A stretch of 25,794 nucleotides of DNA, taken from positions 17,048-42,841 of the forward strand of contig CAYLZE010000038.1 in NCBI GenBank assembly GCA_964388035.1, given 5' to 3'. This document shows positions 1 through 10,145 of the stretch, piece by piece. The notes under the pieces are model-generated. The model ran no database searches. It worked only from the letters and a program-made list of their open reading frames with translations, and was not told the origin of the DNA. The position numbers were made by a program, and so were the translations under genes. The stretch's first letter is position 1. Every line of letters begins with the position of its first letter. The DNA comes from an uncultured archaeon. GTDB lineage: Archaea; Asgardarchaeota; Lokiarchaeia; Sigyniarchaeales; SOKP01.

Positions 1-2
1 TA

Positions 3-572
3 GAAAACCGCACTAAGATTCTGATAGAGATTTATAATGCAATACGAGAAAAAGTGGGAAAATCATTTCCTATAATAATCAAGTTACAGACACAAGATTT
101 TGTTCCAAATGGATTAGAACTAGCAGAAGGGAAAGAAATCGTCAAACTATTAGTTGAAGCGGGATTTGATGCAATTGAACCTAGTGGTGGGATAGGGGAC
201 ACGCAAACAATTACTAAAAATCCATATCCTAGCAGATTGATAAAAAATAAAGAAGATGAGAATTATTTCTTGCCCACTGCTATTGAATTAAAACCATTAA
301 TGAAGGATACTAAACTCGTCCTAATGGGAGGGATAAGGGATCCTATTTCTGCAAATGAAATAATAAGAAATGGAAATGCTGATTTTATATCCATGAGCAG
401 GCCTTTTCTCCATGAACCGCACCTTGTTAATCGGTGGAAAGAAGGAGATTTAACACCAGCTAAATGCATTAGCTGCAATTCTTGTTACATGACTCTAATG
501 TCTGGAGAAACCTATTGCGTGGTTAAAAAGAAACTGGACAGAAAGAAAAAGAGAAATGAACTTAAGAATTAA
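3..572 (+). CDS. NADH:flavin oxidoreductase / Old Yellow Enzyme family, 5'-truncated by the window edge
   Basis: Frame is open from nt 3 (ENRTKILIEIYNAIREKVG.FPIIIKL). Has AGFDAIEPSGG, GGIRD, ADFISMSRPF..EP and a C-terminal CISCNSC...C Fe-S motif typical of OYE/DCR-like enzymes. Confidence 0.9.
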   Translation, partial: ENRTKILIEIYNAIREKVGKSFPIIIKLQTQDFVPNGLELAEGKEIVKLLVEAGFDAIEPSGGIGDTQTITKNPYPSRLIKNKEDENYFLPTAIELKPLMKDTKLVLMGGIRDPISANEIIRNGNADFISMSRPFLHEPHLVNRWKEGDLTPAKCISCNSCYMTLMSGETYCVVKKKLDRKKKRNELKN

Positions 573-584
573 ATTAGGAAAAAT

Positions 585-860
585 TTACCAGGTTATCGAG
601 ATTGCTTTTTCAGGACAAACTTTAACGCATTTAAAGCATCTGGTACATAAAGATCCCCAAATAGGCGTGATTCTCCAATCTTGAGGATCATAACGATCTT
701 TTTGTTCTTTTTCGGTTCCGATAGTTTCATGCATGATAAATACTGCAGGGTCGCAGGCTTTCAAGCAAAGGCCACAATCTCTTGGGTCAATCTTACCTTT
801 TTCCCCGCATAATGAATAATCAATTTCGATTTTGGTTCTTCCTTTTTTCTTAGATAGCAT
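585..860 (-). CDS. small 4Fe-4S dicluster ferredoxin-like protein
   Basis: C..(x9)CGLCLKACDP and CTRCFKCVKVCPEKAI motifs. GGAG-type RBS (AAGGAGGAG on - strand) just upstream. Confidence 0.85.
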   Translation of the reverse strand: MLSKKKGRTKIEIDYSLCGEKGKIDPRDCGLCLKACDPAVFIMHETIGTEKEQKDRYDPQDWRITPIWGSLCTRCFKCVKVCPEKAISITW

Positions 861-876
861 TAACTACTCCTCCTTA

Positions 877-1746
877 TTAATATTCTCCCGTGAATCCCGG
901 ATATTCTTCTCTTGGAATCAATTTTAGAGCTCCATTTTTACAAGCATGTCTACAAATTCCACATCCAAAACACTTATCATAGTCAATTATGACCCTTCCG
1001 ATGGAAGGGATAAATCGAATTGCATTAAATTGACACATGGATACGCATTGTTTACATCCTTGACATTTATCTTGATCCAAATCAATGATATATTCTGCTT
1101 TATACATGGCTTTTAATCCAAAATTGGTTCTCAACGTTAACCCTCCGCACTCCGGAGCTTCACAAGAACAAATAGCATTAATATACGGTACGGGTTGAAA
1201 CCAAACGGAAGCAATGTAACCTTTTTTATTGAACTCTTCCAATTTTTCCATTGCAGTTTCCCTATCAATGCGAACGGTTCTTTCTTTGGGGATAAACCGC
1301 GGAAGCTTTTCAATTACTTCGGATAAAACGCCAAAATTGATGCAAACCGCTTCCTTTTCTTTCCTTTGCATCCATCGGCACATGCAATAATTGCAAATGA
1401 TAGGTTCCGCAGCCAAATCTTCCATGATTATCTGAGCATCTTCCAAGGGAATGACTTGACCAAAATGACCGTCTGCCCTTACCGGATTTCGATTCTTGGC
1501 TTCTGAATGAATCATTTTTTCTGCTTGCCATCTTAATATCCTCCCAATTATAGGAAGCTGGAGTTTGTATCCCAAATCTTTAGAGGAAAAACCCATTATC
1601 TTGCGGATAAATACTTGCTCGAAATTCATCCATTGTTCCGTTAAATACTCTTTCATGTTATATTCTTCAGCCAATTCATTGGAATAATTTCGAGCGTTCA
1701 TGTACCACTTTTTCCCGGCTCCATGCTTCATGCACCATTGACACAT
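877..1746 (-). CDS. 4Fe-4S binding protein (C-terminal 2x[4Fe-4S] ferredoxin domain plus Cys-rich N-terminal domain)
   Basis: CQGCKQCVSMCQF and CFGCGICRHACK. Additional Cys motifs MCQWC..HG, CxCR, C, ICSC...C. Confidence 0.85.
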   Translation of the reverse strand: MCQWCMKHGAGKKWYMNARNYSNELAEEYNMKEYLTEQWMNFEQVFIRKIMGFSSKDLGYKLQLPIIGRILRWQAEKMIHSEAKNRNPVRADGHFGQVIPLEDAQIIMEDLAAEPIICNYCMCRWMQRKEKEAVCINFGVLSEVIEKLPRFIPKERTVRIDRETAMEKLEEFNKKGYIASVWFQPVPYINAICSCEAPECGGLTLRTNFGLKAMYKAEYIIDLDQDKCQGCKQCVSMCQFNAIRFIPSIGRVIIDYDKCFGCGICRHACKNGALKLIPREEYPGFTGEY

Positions 1747-1914
1747 ATTTCTTACCGTGATTTAATTTAATTTTTTTTTAAGTATAATATCTAACTTTTA
1801 GCTTTTAAATTATTTAAACTTTTTAATTTATCGAGATAAGTAAAATAGCTAGTCTCAATTTTTTAGTGATTATAATTCTTTTTAGCTTTATGATCATTAA
1901 GCAAAAAAGGAAGG

Positions 1915-2835
1915 TTAAATATTAGTGGTTCTCAACTGCTCTGCCATTCCCGAACCGATCTCTCCTGTATTCAAATCCTTCATGATGACCATTTGCTCAA
2001 ACAATTCGGTATATCCTCCCGGGAAATCTCTCGCAAAACGGATAAATGAATGTTTCTGTATAAGTCTTGTCTCAATTTTAAATTGCTTTCCTCGTTCATC
2101 AGTGATAGAATAAGTGGTTACTAAGGGACTTTGATATTCATCTTCAATATAAATAGTATCAACATCCAAATGGGATAATTGATAACTTCCATTCGGTTCG
2201 GCAACATAACCTGAAAGGTCTACTTTCCCTTTAATATAATCTTTCCTGAATCCACAAGTCCATTCTTTGAACTGAAAATGCCCTGCATACCACTTATCAA
2301 ATTCATGCCAATTTCTATGCCCCCAACTTTTATCTCTTTGTCCAAATCCCGTGACTTTTTTTACTTTCCCATTCTTGTATTTTATTTCACCCGTTATATC
2401 ACCGGAGCCCTCAAAATGTTGATGCCAAGAAGATGAAGAACCTACTCCAAAATAGTGATGCGGAAACCGGGCATTAAATCTAATGTTAAAGGTGTATTTA
2501 TGGGATTTAAATGCGATTTCCCAGGTTTTAAGGGGTTCAATCAAATCATAAGAGAGTTTTTTATCTCTCAGCATCGATTTTATGTCTTGATCGTACTTTT
2601 CTAAGGGTGGTTCCCGGTAATATGCCTCCCTCTTATCATCCGTGAAGAGAAAGAAAACTAATTCTCTACGTTTTTCATTCGGAACGATTCCAATCGTAGA
2701 AAAACCCGAAATCTTATTGTCCAAATCCACCCAATTGAAATAATAGGATTCTCTCCATTTCAAACTGGTATCCGGAAGGTGAAGGAGATCATCCTCAGCA
2801 TTCTCTACAATAATTTCATTTTTATGATTGTTCAT
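1915..2835 (-). CDS. tocopherol-cyclase/CrtC-like beta-barrel hypothetical protein (DUF7064/7065-like)
   Basis: WRESYYFNWVD, HFEGSG.ITG.I and GFGQRDKSWG.R.W motifs. Starts 2 nt after the stop of the upstream gene, so probably co-transcribed. Confidence 0.6.
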   Translation of the reverse strand: MNNHKNEIIVENAEDDLLHLPDTSLKWRESYYFNWVDLDNKISGFSTIGIVPNEKRRELVFFLFTDDKREAYYREPPLEKYDQDIKSMLRDKKLSYDLIEPLKTWEIAFKSHKYTFNIRFNARFPHHYFGVGSSSSWHQHFEGSGDITGEIKYKNGKVKKVTGFGQRDKSWGHRNWHEFDKWYAGHFQFKEWTCGFRKDYIKGKVDLSGYVAEPNGSYQLSHLDVDTIYIEDEYQSPLVTTYSITDERGKQFKIETRLIQKHSFIRFARDFPGGYTELFEQMVIMKDLNTGEIGSGMAEQLRTTNI

Positions 2836-2837
2836 TT

Positions 2838-4016
2838 CTACTCCTCCTCCGGAAGTAAGTATAATGATGGTCCTTCTTTTTTCTTTTGCCTCTTGGTTCT
2901 AAAGAAGCGCGTAATAGCTTGATCATAATCGGATTCCATGAAAATTGGAACATAGGTATCCATTGTATGTTCGGTAATGTTCCAATCTATTTCCTCCGTA
3001 ATTCCTACAACATTAGTATATCGGGCAAATCCATAACAATACGCATAAACTCCCGCTAATAATCTCTGCCTTCGATCCCATTTATAAAATTTCTTAAACA
3101 ACTCTTTATTTCCCTCCGCAGCATACGCATTAAATGCTTCTAAGGCGTCAAAATTGATGATCTTGACCGTGTCACCTTCTCTCGTGAAAAATGCTGCTCC
3201 CGTGATATTTTGAGTGAAATTTGGTGGATTTGTAGTCATTGTCGCTATATTATCTATGGAGACCTCCAAGTCTTTAACCTTTAACGCAAACGCTATATTT
3301 TTATGGGGTGCTTTTATTTTTGTTTCAGACCAAGGGAAATGGGGTTTTCCTCCTGTATATAAATGAGAGATTTCTCTAAATATCAAGGATTCGTGATCGT
3401 TGATTTTATAAGGGCCATGATCGTGGAGCTTCGCTCTGGCCTCGCATTCATCTAAAAACGAGAATAATTCAAGATTTGCCATGGTCTTCTTTAATTTGGT
3501 TGCATCATCCTTCGAAATTGCTTTTATATTCTCCATGGTCCAATCAATATCATCTTGATTTAAAGCAAGATTCTTACCGCCTGCATCTTCCACGCATAAA
3601 GCACCCTCGAGATGATAGGAAGAAGCTAATCTTTTCCAAAAATCAAGAACAAACATGGTTTCCTCTCGTTTCTGTTTACTTTCAGCATGAGGGTCTCCTC
3701 CATTTTGATGGATGTATCCCATCCGTCCAGGGAGATAGTAGAGGGGTATATAAAAAATAGATAATGCATGAAGTTCGGATAAGATTTTCCTACTATCCTT
3801 TCCCATTTTTTCCGGAGTAGTTTTTTCTGAAATCTTTTTCAAAATATCGTATAAAAAATCATACGTATTATAAAAAGAAACGCAAATGTACGCCGTGACA
3901 GGAAATAATTGGGATGCCACGAGCCCACGTTTATTTACCTGGTTATCGATAATCTCCGACAAATGGAGAAGTACTTCGTTGGTTTCTTGCACGTTCACTT
4001 TTAATGTTCCTCCCAT
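2838..4016 (-). CDS. conserved hypothetical protein, candidate substrate-binding subunit of a split PEP-utilising phosphotransferase
   Basis: 392-aa ORF with a globular-looking sequence (FLDECEARAKLHDHGPY). Divergent from the PEP His-domain gene. Function is inferred from context only. Confidence 0.6.
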   Translation of the reverse strand: MGGTLKVNVQETNEVLLHLSEIIDNQVNKRGLVASQLFPVTAYICVSFYNTYDFLYDILKKISEKTTPEKMGKDSRKILSELHALSIFYIPLYYLPGRMGYIHQNGGDPHAESKQKREETMFVLDFWKRLASSYHLEGALCVEDAGGKNLALNQDDIDWTMENIKAISKDDATKLKKTMANLELFSFLDECEARAKLHDHGPYKINDHESLIFREISHLYTGGKPHFPWSETKIKAPHKNIAFALKVKDLEVSIDNIATMTTNPPNFTQNITGAAFFTREGDTVKIINFDALEAFNAYAAEGNKELFKKFYKWDRRQRLLAGVYAYCYGFARYTNVVGITEEIDWNITEHTMDTYVPIFMESDYDQAITRFFRTKRQKKKEGPSLYLLPEEE

Positions 4017-4130
4017 GAGTTGTAATTAAAAAAACTTTTAATACTAACTTCAATTTCTTTATTAAACTATTACATGCTTTCTGTAAATTAAATATTCGGG
4101 ATTATTAAAATTAAATGAGTGATCGATATC

Positions 4131-4487
4131 ATGAAAAAAATTGGTGAAGGACTATCTTGCTCTTCTAAGGAAGAAGTCTTGGGAGATTTAGTGTATATTA
4201 AAGAATTAGATGATGTCATTAATTTATTTGATAATGCTTCGGGAAAGATTTGCCTCATAGATGATGACGGAACCACGACCCTTAGCCCAATATTATCAGA
4301 ATTAACTGCGGTTGTATGTACCACGGGTGGGATGGGCTCGCATCTTGCCATCGTCTCACGAGAATTTGAAATACCCTGCATAATGTCTACAAAACTCGAG
4401 ATCGCGGATCTAACCATGCTTAATAATAAAAAAGCCAAGATCGTTACGGAAGGAGACCAGAAAGGAATTTTATATCTTGTAGATTAA
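4131..4487 (+). CDS. stand-alone PEP-utilising enzyme mobile (phospho-His swivel) domain
   Basis: AVVCTTGGMGSHLAIVSREFEIPC matches the PEP-utilisers T..GG..SHAAIVARE.GIP signature (His codon 4341-4343). ATG 4131 preferred, GTG 4119 possible. Confidence 0.9.
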   Translation: MKKIGEGLSCSSKEEVLGDLVYIKELDDVINLFDNASGKICLIDDDGTTTLSPILSELTAVVCTTGGMGSHLAIVSREFEIPCIMSTKLEIADLTMLNNKKAKIVTEGDQKGILYLVD

Positions 4488-4496
4488 ATTTAAAAA

Positions 4497-5258
4497 TTAT
4501 AGTTTTTGAATACAAAATAGCTTCTCTTTTCCTAAAAAAATTAAATTAAACTCGTCAATAAAGTTTTTTCCAATTAACGCTTGGATGGGTAATGGACCAC
4601 TAATATTTGCATGCGTAAAATCTAATTCAAGAATTTCCTCCTCATACTTAAAAGGTGCTCTATAAATGTTTTGTTTCATTACTCCATTGGCAGTTAAAAT
4701 GGATTTTACTCCTATTTCCTTTAAATCCATCTCCTCAAATACTTTATCATCAATTAGCATAATTGAAGCCCCGGTATCTACCAAACCTAAAATCTCTCTC
4801 TCTTTTCCATTAAGATATATCGCAAATTTCAGAATTGGATAATAATTATTTTCAATTTCAATTTGTGGATAACAATTTGTATTTTTAGCTGAAAAAAATG
4901 AGAAAATAACTTCAAATTCTTCAATTTTTTTTCCTTTTCGAATTATACCTGCAGCGGATTCAGGAAATTTTTCATATAAAATTTTCATAACTTGTTCAAT
5001 GCTATCTCCAGTTGTTACTATCGTATTCCTCGAAATTCCTAAATATTTTCCATCTGGGATAAAATCAGGAATTTGAATCTTATCTAAGTCAATTGGGGGA
5101 TTCTTCTCAATAAATTCATCAATTAATTTTTGAAGATTTAATTTATCTTCAATAGCATTCCGAATAAATTCACTAACACTTTTAAATCCTTTAATTTTGG
5201 CGATTTCTTCAATTTCTTTCTTTTTTTGGTCGTCGACTTTAAAATTGATGGTAGTCAT
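4497..5258 (-). CDS. ribbon-helix-helix + DUF5678-like + retropepsin-like (clan AA) aspartyl protease fusion
   Basis: N-terminal TTINFKVDD..KKEIEEIAK..GFKSVSEFIRNAI (CopG/RHH). Middle GKYLGI...IV..GD. C-terminal GLVDTGAS, TANG, ALIGKNF. Confidence 0.75.
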   Translation of the reverse strand: MTTINFKVDDQKKKEIEEIAKIKGFKSVSEFIRNAIEDKLNLQKLIDEFIEKNPPIDLDKIQIPDFIPDGKYLGISRNTIVTTGDSIEQVMKILYEKFPESAAGIIRKGKKIEEFEVIFSFFSAKNTNCYPQIEIENNYYPILKFAIYLNGKEREILGLVDTGASIMLIDDKVFEEMDLKEIGVKSILTANGVMKQNIYRAPFKYEEEILELDFTHANISGPLPIQALIGKNFIDEFNLIFLGKEKLFCIQKL

Positions 5259-5458
5259 ATGAATAATACTTTTTTTAAATATAAGGTAACACTATTATTA
5301 TATACAGTTAAGTTTTTTTATATTTTTTATGAAGCATATCTAAAAATTAATTTATGACTTAACTATCAATTTAATCAGAAAAACTTGGCTCCAACTTACT
5401 TTTTTAAATATTACTTGAAGGAAAATATTTATTACATTCTCTTCCTTATCTATTTTCT

Positions 5459-6439
5459 ATGAATAAGAGCGAGTATATCACCTTCTTTATCGAAGGAATT
5501 ACTAATCCCAAAATCGTGGGTGGAAAAGCTGCTAATATTGTTAAACTTTTCAACTCATCGATTGCAATTCCCTCGGGGTGTATTCTTACTACTCACGCCT
5601 ATGACTACTTTATTGAAAATTCATTTTTCAAAAATGAACTTATCGAATTATTAACAAAAAAATATCTACCAAAAGAAGTTTTAGATCTTTCCCAAAAAAT
5701 ACAAGCCCTAATAGAGGCATCTGAATTTCCCCCCGATCTTAGAATGGAAATACAAAATGCTCATGAAAAATTAGAACAGAATTTCAATTATCAAGGATTC
5801 TTAGCTGTTAGATCTTCCGCAACTATTGAGGATGCCAAATTAACATCTTTTGCGGGGCAATTGGAAAGTTTCTTGTATAATATTACGGTTGAAGACGTGT
5901 TATCGTCCATAAAAAATTGCTGGAAATCTTTATTTTCCCCGCAAACACTTTTGTATCTACTTAAAATAAATCGAAATGAAAATAACAGAAATTTAACAGA
6001 TATTAAAGTTGCGGTTATCATTCAAGAACTGATTGAACCGGAAATCGGAGGCGTACTATTCACTGCTAACGTCCTAAATAATGATTTAAACCAAATGATC
6101 ATTAATTCTACCTGGGGTTCATGCGAAACTATTACTGCTAATAAGATTAATCCTGATATGATTATCGTGAACAAAGAAGACTTTAAAGCCATTAAAACGC
6201 ATGTAGGGAAAAAAGAAAAGATTGCGGTTCCTAGTCTGAACTTCCAAGGAAGTATCTTAAAAGAAATGGCCACCAAAATGAGAGAAAAATGCTCGTTGAA
6301 TGAGATCCAGATTAGAAATCTATGCAAAATGGGAATGGAACTGGAACTTAATTTTAATCATCCTCAAGATATTGAATGGGCAATTAAAGATGGGAAAATT
6401 TATGTGTTACAATCTCGCCCAATTACAACTCTAAAATAA
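5459..6439 (+). CDS. PEP/pyruvate-binding (PPDK_N, ATP-grasp) stand-alone domain protein
   Basis: VGGKAAN, LAVRSSATIED...SFAGQ, AVIIQE, GGVLFT, PQDIEWAI....YVLQSRPIT. Ends right after QSRPIT with no His or pyruvate-binding domain. Confidence 0.9.
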   Translation: MNKSEYITFFIEGITNPKIVGGKAANIVKLFNSSIAIPSGCILTTHAYDYFIENSFFKNELIELLTKKYLPKEVLDLSQKIQALIEASEFPPDLRMEIQNAHEKLEQNFNYQGFLAVRSSATIEDAKLTSFAGQLESFLYNITVEDVLSSIKNCWKSLFSPQTLLYLLKINRNENNRNLTDIKVAVIIQELIEPEIGGVLFTANVLNNDLNQMIINSTWGSCETITANKINPDMIIVNKEDFKAIKTHVGKKEKIAVPSLNFQGSILKEMATKMREKCSLNEIQIRNLCKMGMELELNFNHPQDIEWAIKDGKIYVLQSRPITTLK

Positions 6440-6524
6440 TTAAAAGAACGTTATTTTATGTCTTTAATAACATAACTAGAAAAAGAAGTCAGAAAAAGAA
6501 GAAAAAGATAAAAGGTAAAAAACT

Positions 6525-6977
6525 TTATTTTAAAAACGCTCTCTTTCCTAAATAAATGAATAGCTCGCCTAACTCAAAAAGGGTTAAGGGTCGAATCATT
6601 AGGGCCATGTTATTGCGAAGTTCCTGCTTATCTTGCCCAGCAGTGATTAGCTTCTTAATATCTTCAACGTAATCATCCATATTGAGAAACAGGATTTCTA
6701 TCTTTGCCACACCCGTCAGTTCTTCTATATCTTTATGCAAATGAGCTTCTATCTCATTTAGTAAGTCTAATTTCAAGGTGGGTTCCAGCTCATATTCCTT
6801 TATTAGTCTGTTAATCTCCTCCAAGACCACGTTAATTGTAAGGTTAAAATCATCCGTTTCTTTATATTTGGGGATCAAAATCTCGCTAATGACGGTCTCA
6901 AATAAAAGTTTAGGATCTTTTTCGTCAAACTCTATTTCCTTTAACGTGCTTAATTTGATAGTTTTTCCCATTTTCAT
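6525..6977 (-). CDS. hypothetical helical protein
   Basis: Open frame with charged helical composition. ATG at 6977 or 6971 is more plausible than the track's start at 7088, which runs through an AT-rich, promoter-like region. Confidence 0.6.
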   Translation of the reverse strand: MKMGKTIKLSTLKEIEFDEKDPKLLFETVISEILIPKYKETDDFNLTINVVLEEINRLIKEYELEPTLKLDLLNEIEAHLHKDIEELTGVAKIEILFLNMDDYVEDIKKLITAGQDKQELRNNMALMIRPLTLFELGELFIYLGKRAFLK

Positions 6978-7338
6978 AGCCTCTTTACTAAATATACTAA
7001 TCTTATTAATTAATAGACTCCGCATATTAATATTTTTGTAATGTATTTCGAACTTATTCCATGATGACATTGACCTCTTTTTTATCAAAATTAGTGGAGT
7101 AAAAAATAATTTGGAATATATTTTGAACTACAATTCTTTTCTTTAATTATTTGAAGATTACCTTATATATATAAAATAGGAATCCAGATAATACATCTTC
7201 TAAATAATTAATTCACGGAGTTCCAATCAATACCTTCAATTTTGACAATTAATTGTGATTCAATTTTAAAAGTTTAAATAATATAAAATCTAATTAATTA
7301 ATCAATAATCCCTTTGGTATCCATTTATTGTTGTTATA

Positions 7339-9753
7339 ATGACGAATTCAAATCTAAATAACGATAATGAACGTGAACATTTAAAAATTAGAAAGAAATT
7401 TCTCGGAAAGTGTGTAATATGTGAAAGTAATGATGCAATTAGATCAAAGGAAATAAGATATGCTGAACTCGAATTCTGTCCATATCATAAAGAACAATTT
7501 GATGCAATTTGGAAGTACTATCAAATCGCATTTTTTAAGTCAGAAAGATGGATAGATAGATTCAAGGGCTTTTTATTTCATAAAAGCAAGTACTTTTCGT
7601 ATTTTTTGTTATCCTTGATATTTGGATTATTTTGGATAGCTTGGATTATTCCAAATAATTTAAGCTTTATATATCCTCAATATGATTCATCTAGCATGGT
7701 TTTGATATTGTTTGGGTATTTCCTTTTGGTACTTTTGAAATATAGTGGGAAATCCGAAACATCAAATCATCAATATCAATACTATATTCATGAAGGCAAG
7801 GGTATAATAGTATCTCGTGGAAGGAATGATTCCGATTTTTTAATGCCTATAATTAAAGAATTGCTCGGCACAGTATTTATATTTTTAAATGGTATGGTAT
7901 TATCTGAATTTATTTTAGTGTATTTCCTTTTAGGAAAGGCATGGCTCTCTAATCTCTTAATGATTTTGTTAATATTTAGTTTATATGTACTTTATATTTA
8001 TTATAACGAATATAAAGGAAGAATGAGAATATATTTTGAAAAGGGTGAATTAGTAGACAATTATAAAATAGAAAATTTATACTTGAATTATAAAGAAGAA
8101 AGAGAACATCATACAACTAAGTCTAAAAATCCAATTGGAAAAATTAATACCTTTATCTTAGGACTTATCTTTTTATTCTTGGCAATTCTTTCATTGTGGA
8201 TTGAAATATATTATTTGACAGGTCTGTTTGAAATTCTAACACTGTGGTTTTTTTTCTACGATATTAATATTCCAAAAGTATTTTTTAAAAAAGAAATTCC
8301 TCACTTGCGCCGATTAATGCCGGTAGTTTTTATTTATTTTTGTTTCTTTATTCGTTTTTCAATAGAAGGTATTTTGACATCATTAGGATTAATAACTGAG
8401 GGAGATAATATTTGGTTACAGTTAGTTTTTTTTGATCATACTCCTAGCTTAGACGAATTTGTTATTTCTATTAGTATAATCACTTTTTTTGTGGTTTATT
8501 TGCTTTTATTAATCCCTAAAATATACTCTATGCAAATTGTTAATTATAATTTAGCAGAATTCAGGGATTTCAAATATGAGAAAGTAATACAATATCAATC
8601 TTATATTTCAGAGAGAGCAGATTATTTTTTAATTATCAATTTAGAATTTATCGGGATAATTGTTGTTTTTCCAATTATTTTCGGAATGATTACAAGTTTA
8701 TTGGTCTTGTTGATTATTTGGATTATCCAAACAGTCATCCTTGCTAGAAAAAAAATCCATGATTTTTTAAAGATTAAATATGATTTTTGGAGAGATATTT
8801 TCACGCATATTAGAAAATCTTCTATCTGGTTAAATTTAGTTCGATGGACTCCTTTAACATTTTTTTTAGCTCTGGCTTCCTATTTTTGGTTGCCTAAAAT
8901 TATGTTATGGGATTTTAAAATAAAAGTGACTGGTATCGAGTTGATAATTAAACCATTCAATACATCATACATCCCAAATTTAATTGGATTTGTGTTTATG
9001 TTTATTCCATTAATTCTTCTTATCTATTATGTTTTTGAAAGTAAATCTATTACTAAATTAAGTTTTTATCAACAACTTTATTTAGCTGGCTCGATGACGA
9101 CATTCTTTCTTTTTCCTATTATTACACCTTTTCCATTTTTTATTAGAAACTATATTTCCCTTTTAGCTCTATTTCAGCTTATCGGTTTATTTCAATTTGT
9201 TTATCTATCTTATTGGTTTTGGGCATTCGGGAGAAAGGCTAAGTTAATTGGAAAACGAAATCTTACACACAAAAAAGTTATAAGAGAAATACACCCAAAA
9301 ATGCAGTCTATTTGTTTACAAATCTTATTATCTTTTAACGAAATGATAATGATCATTAGTCTAGTAATCAATAACGAATATTTTATTGTATTAACATTTA
9401 CATTTTTTTTGGCAGGTATCATTTATCTTTCGATTCAAAAGAAAAATTATGTCGATATTGTTCTTCTGACTCATCATCAAAAGGAAATGCAAAACTCTTG
9501 TATTCAATGTGGTAAACCGACTTCTTATACAGATATTACTTGTAAGGATTGTTTTAACTGGTTAGATAGTTTTGATTTCTATTCTCAATATGGAGGAAGG
9601 ATAAAAAAGAAACTTAAAAAAGCTAATCAAATCACCAAGCTTAAGAAAATTTCTCCACAAGAATATGAAAAAAGAAAATTAAAAGTCGAAGGTAATAAAA
9701 TAATCCAAAAATTCGAAAATAAATATAATAAAGAAAAGAAAAGACGAAAATAA
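7339..9753 (+). CDS. large polytopic membrane protein with terminal Zn-finger-like motifs
   Basis: 804 aa with many hydrophobic segments. N-terminal CVIC...CPYH and C-terminal CIQC...CKDC. Basic tail. Confidence 0.7.
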   Translation: MTNSNLNNDNEREHLKIRKKFLGKCVICESNDAIRSKEIRYAELEFCPYHKEQFDAIWKYYQIAFFKSERWIDRFKGFLFHKSKYFSYFLLSLIFGLFWIAWIIPNNLSFIYPQYDSSSMVLILFGYFLLVLLKYSGKSETSNHQYQYYIHEGKGIIVSRGRNDSDFLMPIIKELLGTVFIFLNGMVLSEFILVYFLLGKAWLSNLLMILLIFSLYVLYIYYNEYKGRMRIYFEKGELVDNYKIENLYLNYKEEREHHTTKSKNPIGKINTFILGLIFLFLAILSLWIEIYYLTGLFEILTLWFFFYDINIPKVFFKKEIPHLRRLMPVVFIYFCFFIRFSIEGILTSLGLITEGDNIWLQLVFFDHTPSLDEFVISISIITFFVVYLLLLIPKIYSMQIVNYNLAEFRDFKYEKVIQYQSYISERADYFLIINLEFIGIIVVFPIIFGMITSLLVLLIIWIIQTVILARKKIHDFLKIKYDFWRDIFTHIRKSSIWLNLVRWTPLTFFLALASYFWLPKIMLWDFKIKVTGIELIIKPFNTSYIPNLIGFVFMFIPLILLIYYVFESKSITKLSFYQQLYLAGSMTTFFLFPIITPFPFFIRNYISLLALFQLIGLFQFVYLSYWFWAFGRKAKLIGKRNLTHKKVIREIHPKMQSICLQILLSFNEMIMIISLVINNEYFIVLTFTFFLAGIIYLSIQKKNYVDIVLLTHHQKEMQNSCIQCGKPTSYTDITCKDCFNWLDSFDFYSQYGGRIKKKLKKANQITKLKKISPQEYEKRKLKVEGNKIIQKFENKYNKEKKRRK

Positions 9754-10145
9754 TATTTAACTAAATTTTACACTCATATAATAAATATTTTAGTCAGCTA
9801 AAATGACAGAAAAATAATAAAAAGGAGCGAAAAAATTGGAATCCATGACCATTAATAAAAACTTAAAGAGGAGAAAGACGTATTATCTAATAACAGGGTT
9901 AAGGGTTGAGGTATTCATCCGATCACTCGGATTGGTATAAGAATATATTTTGCAATGTCATGGTCTTCCAACTTTTTATACAAGTAAATATTGTTTCAAC
10001 ACTTATTTAAATCTTGTCCTTTTTGTAATGGGAAAAAAAGGAAGTGTGAGAAAAACCCCTATTTTTGGGAAAAGAAGCTTTAAGGTGCTAAAAATGGTAA
10101 AGAGAAACCTAATAGGAGTGACAAAAATGAGATATTTTATTAATA

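Noticed and set aside
7207-9856. Imperfect inverted similarity flanking the 804-aa gene (TCACGGAGTTCCAAT at about 7213 vs ATTGGAATCCATGA at about 9835)
   Set aside because: Short and gapped, with no transposase or target-site duplication. Insufficient for a mobile element call.
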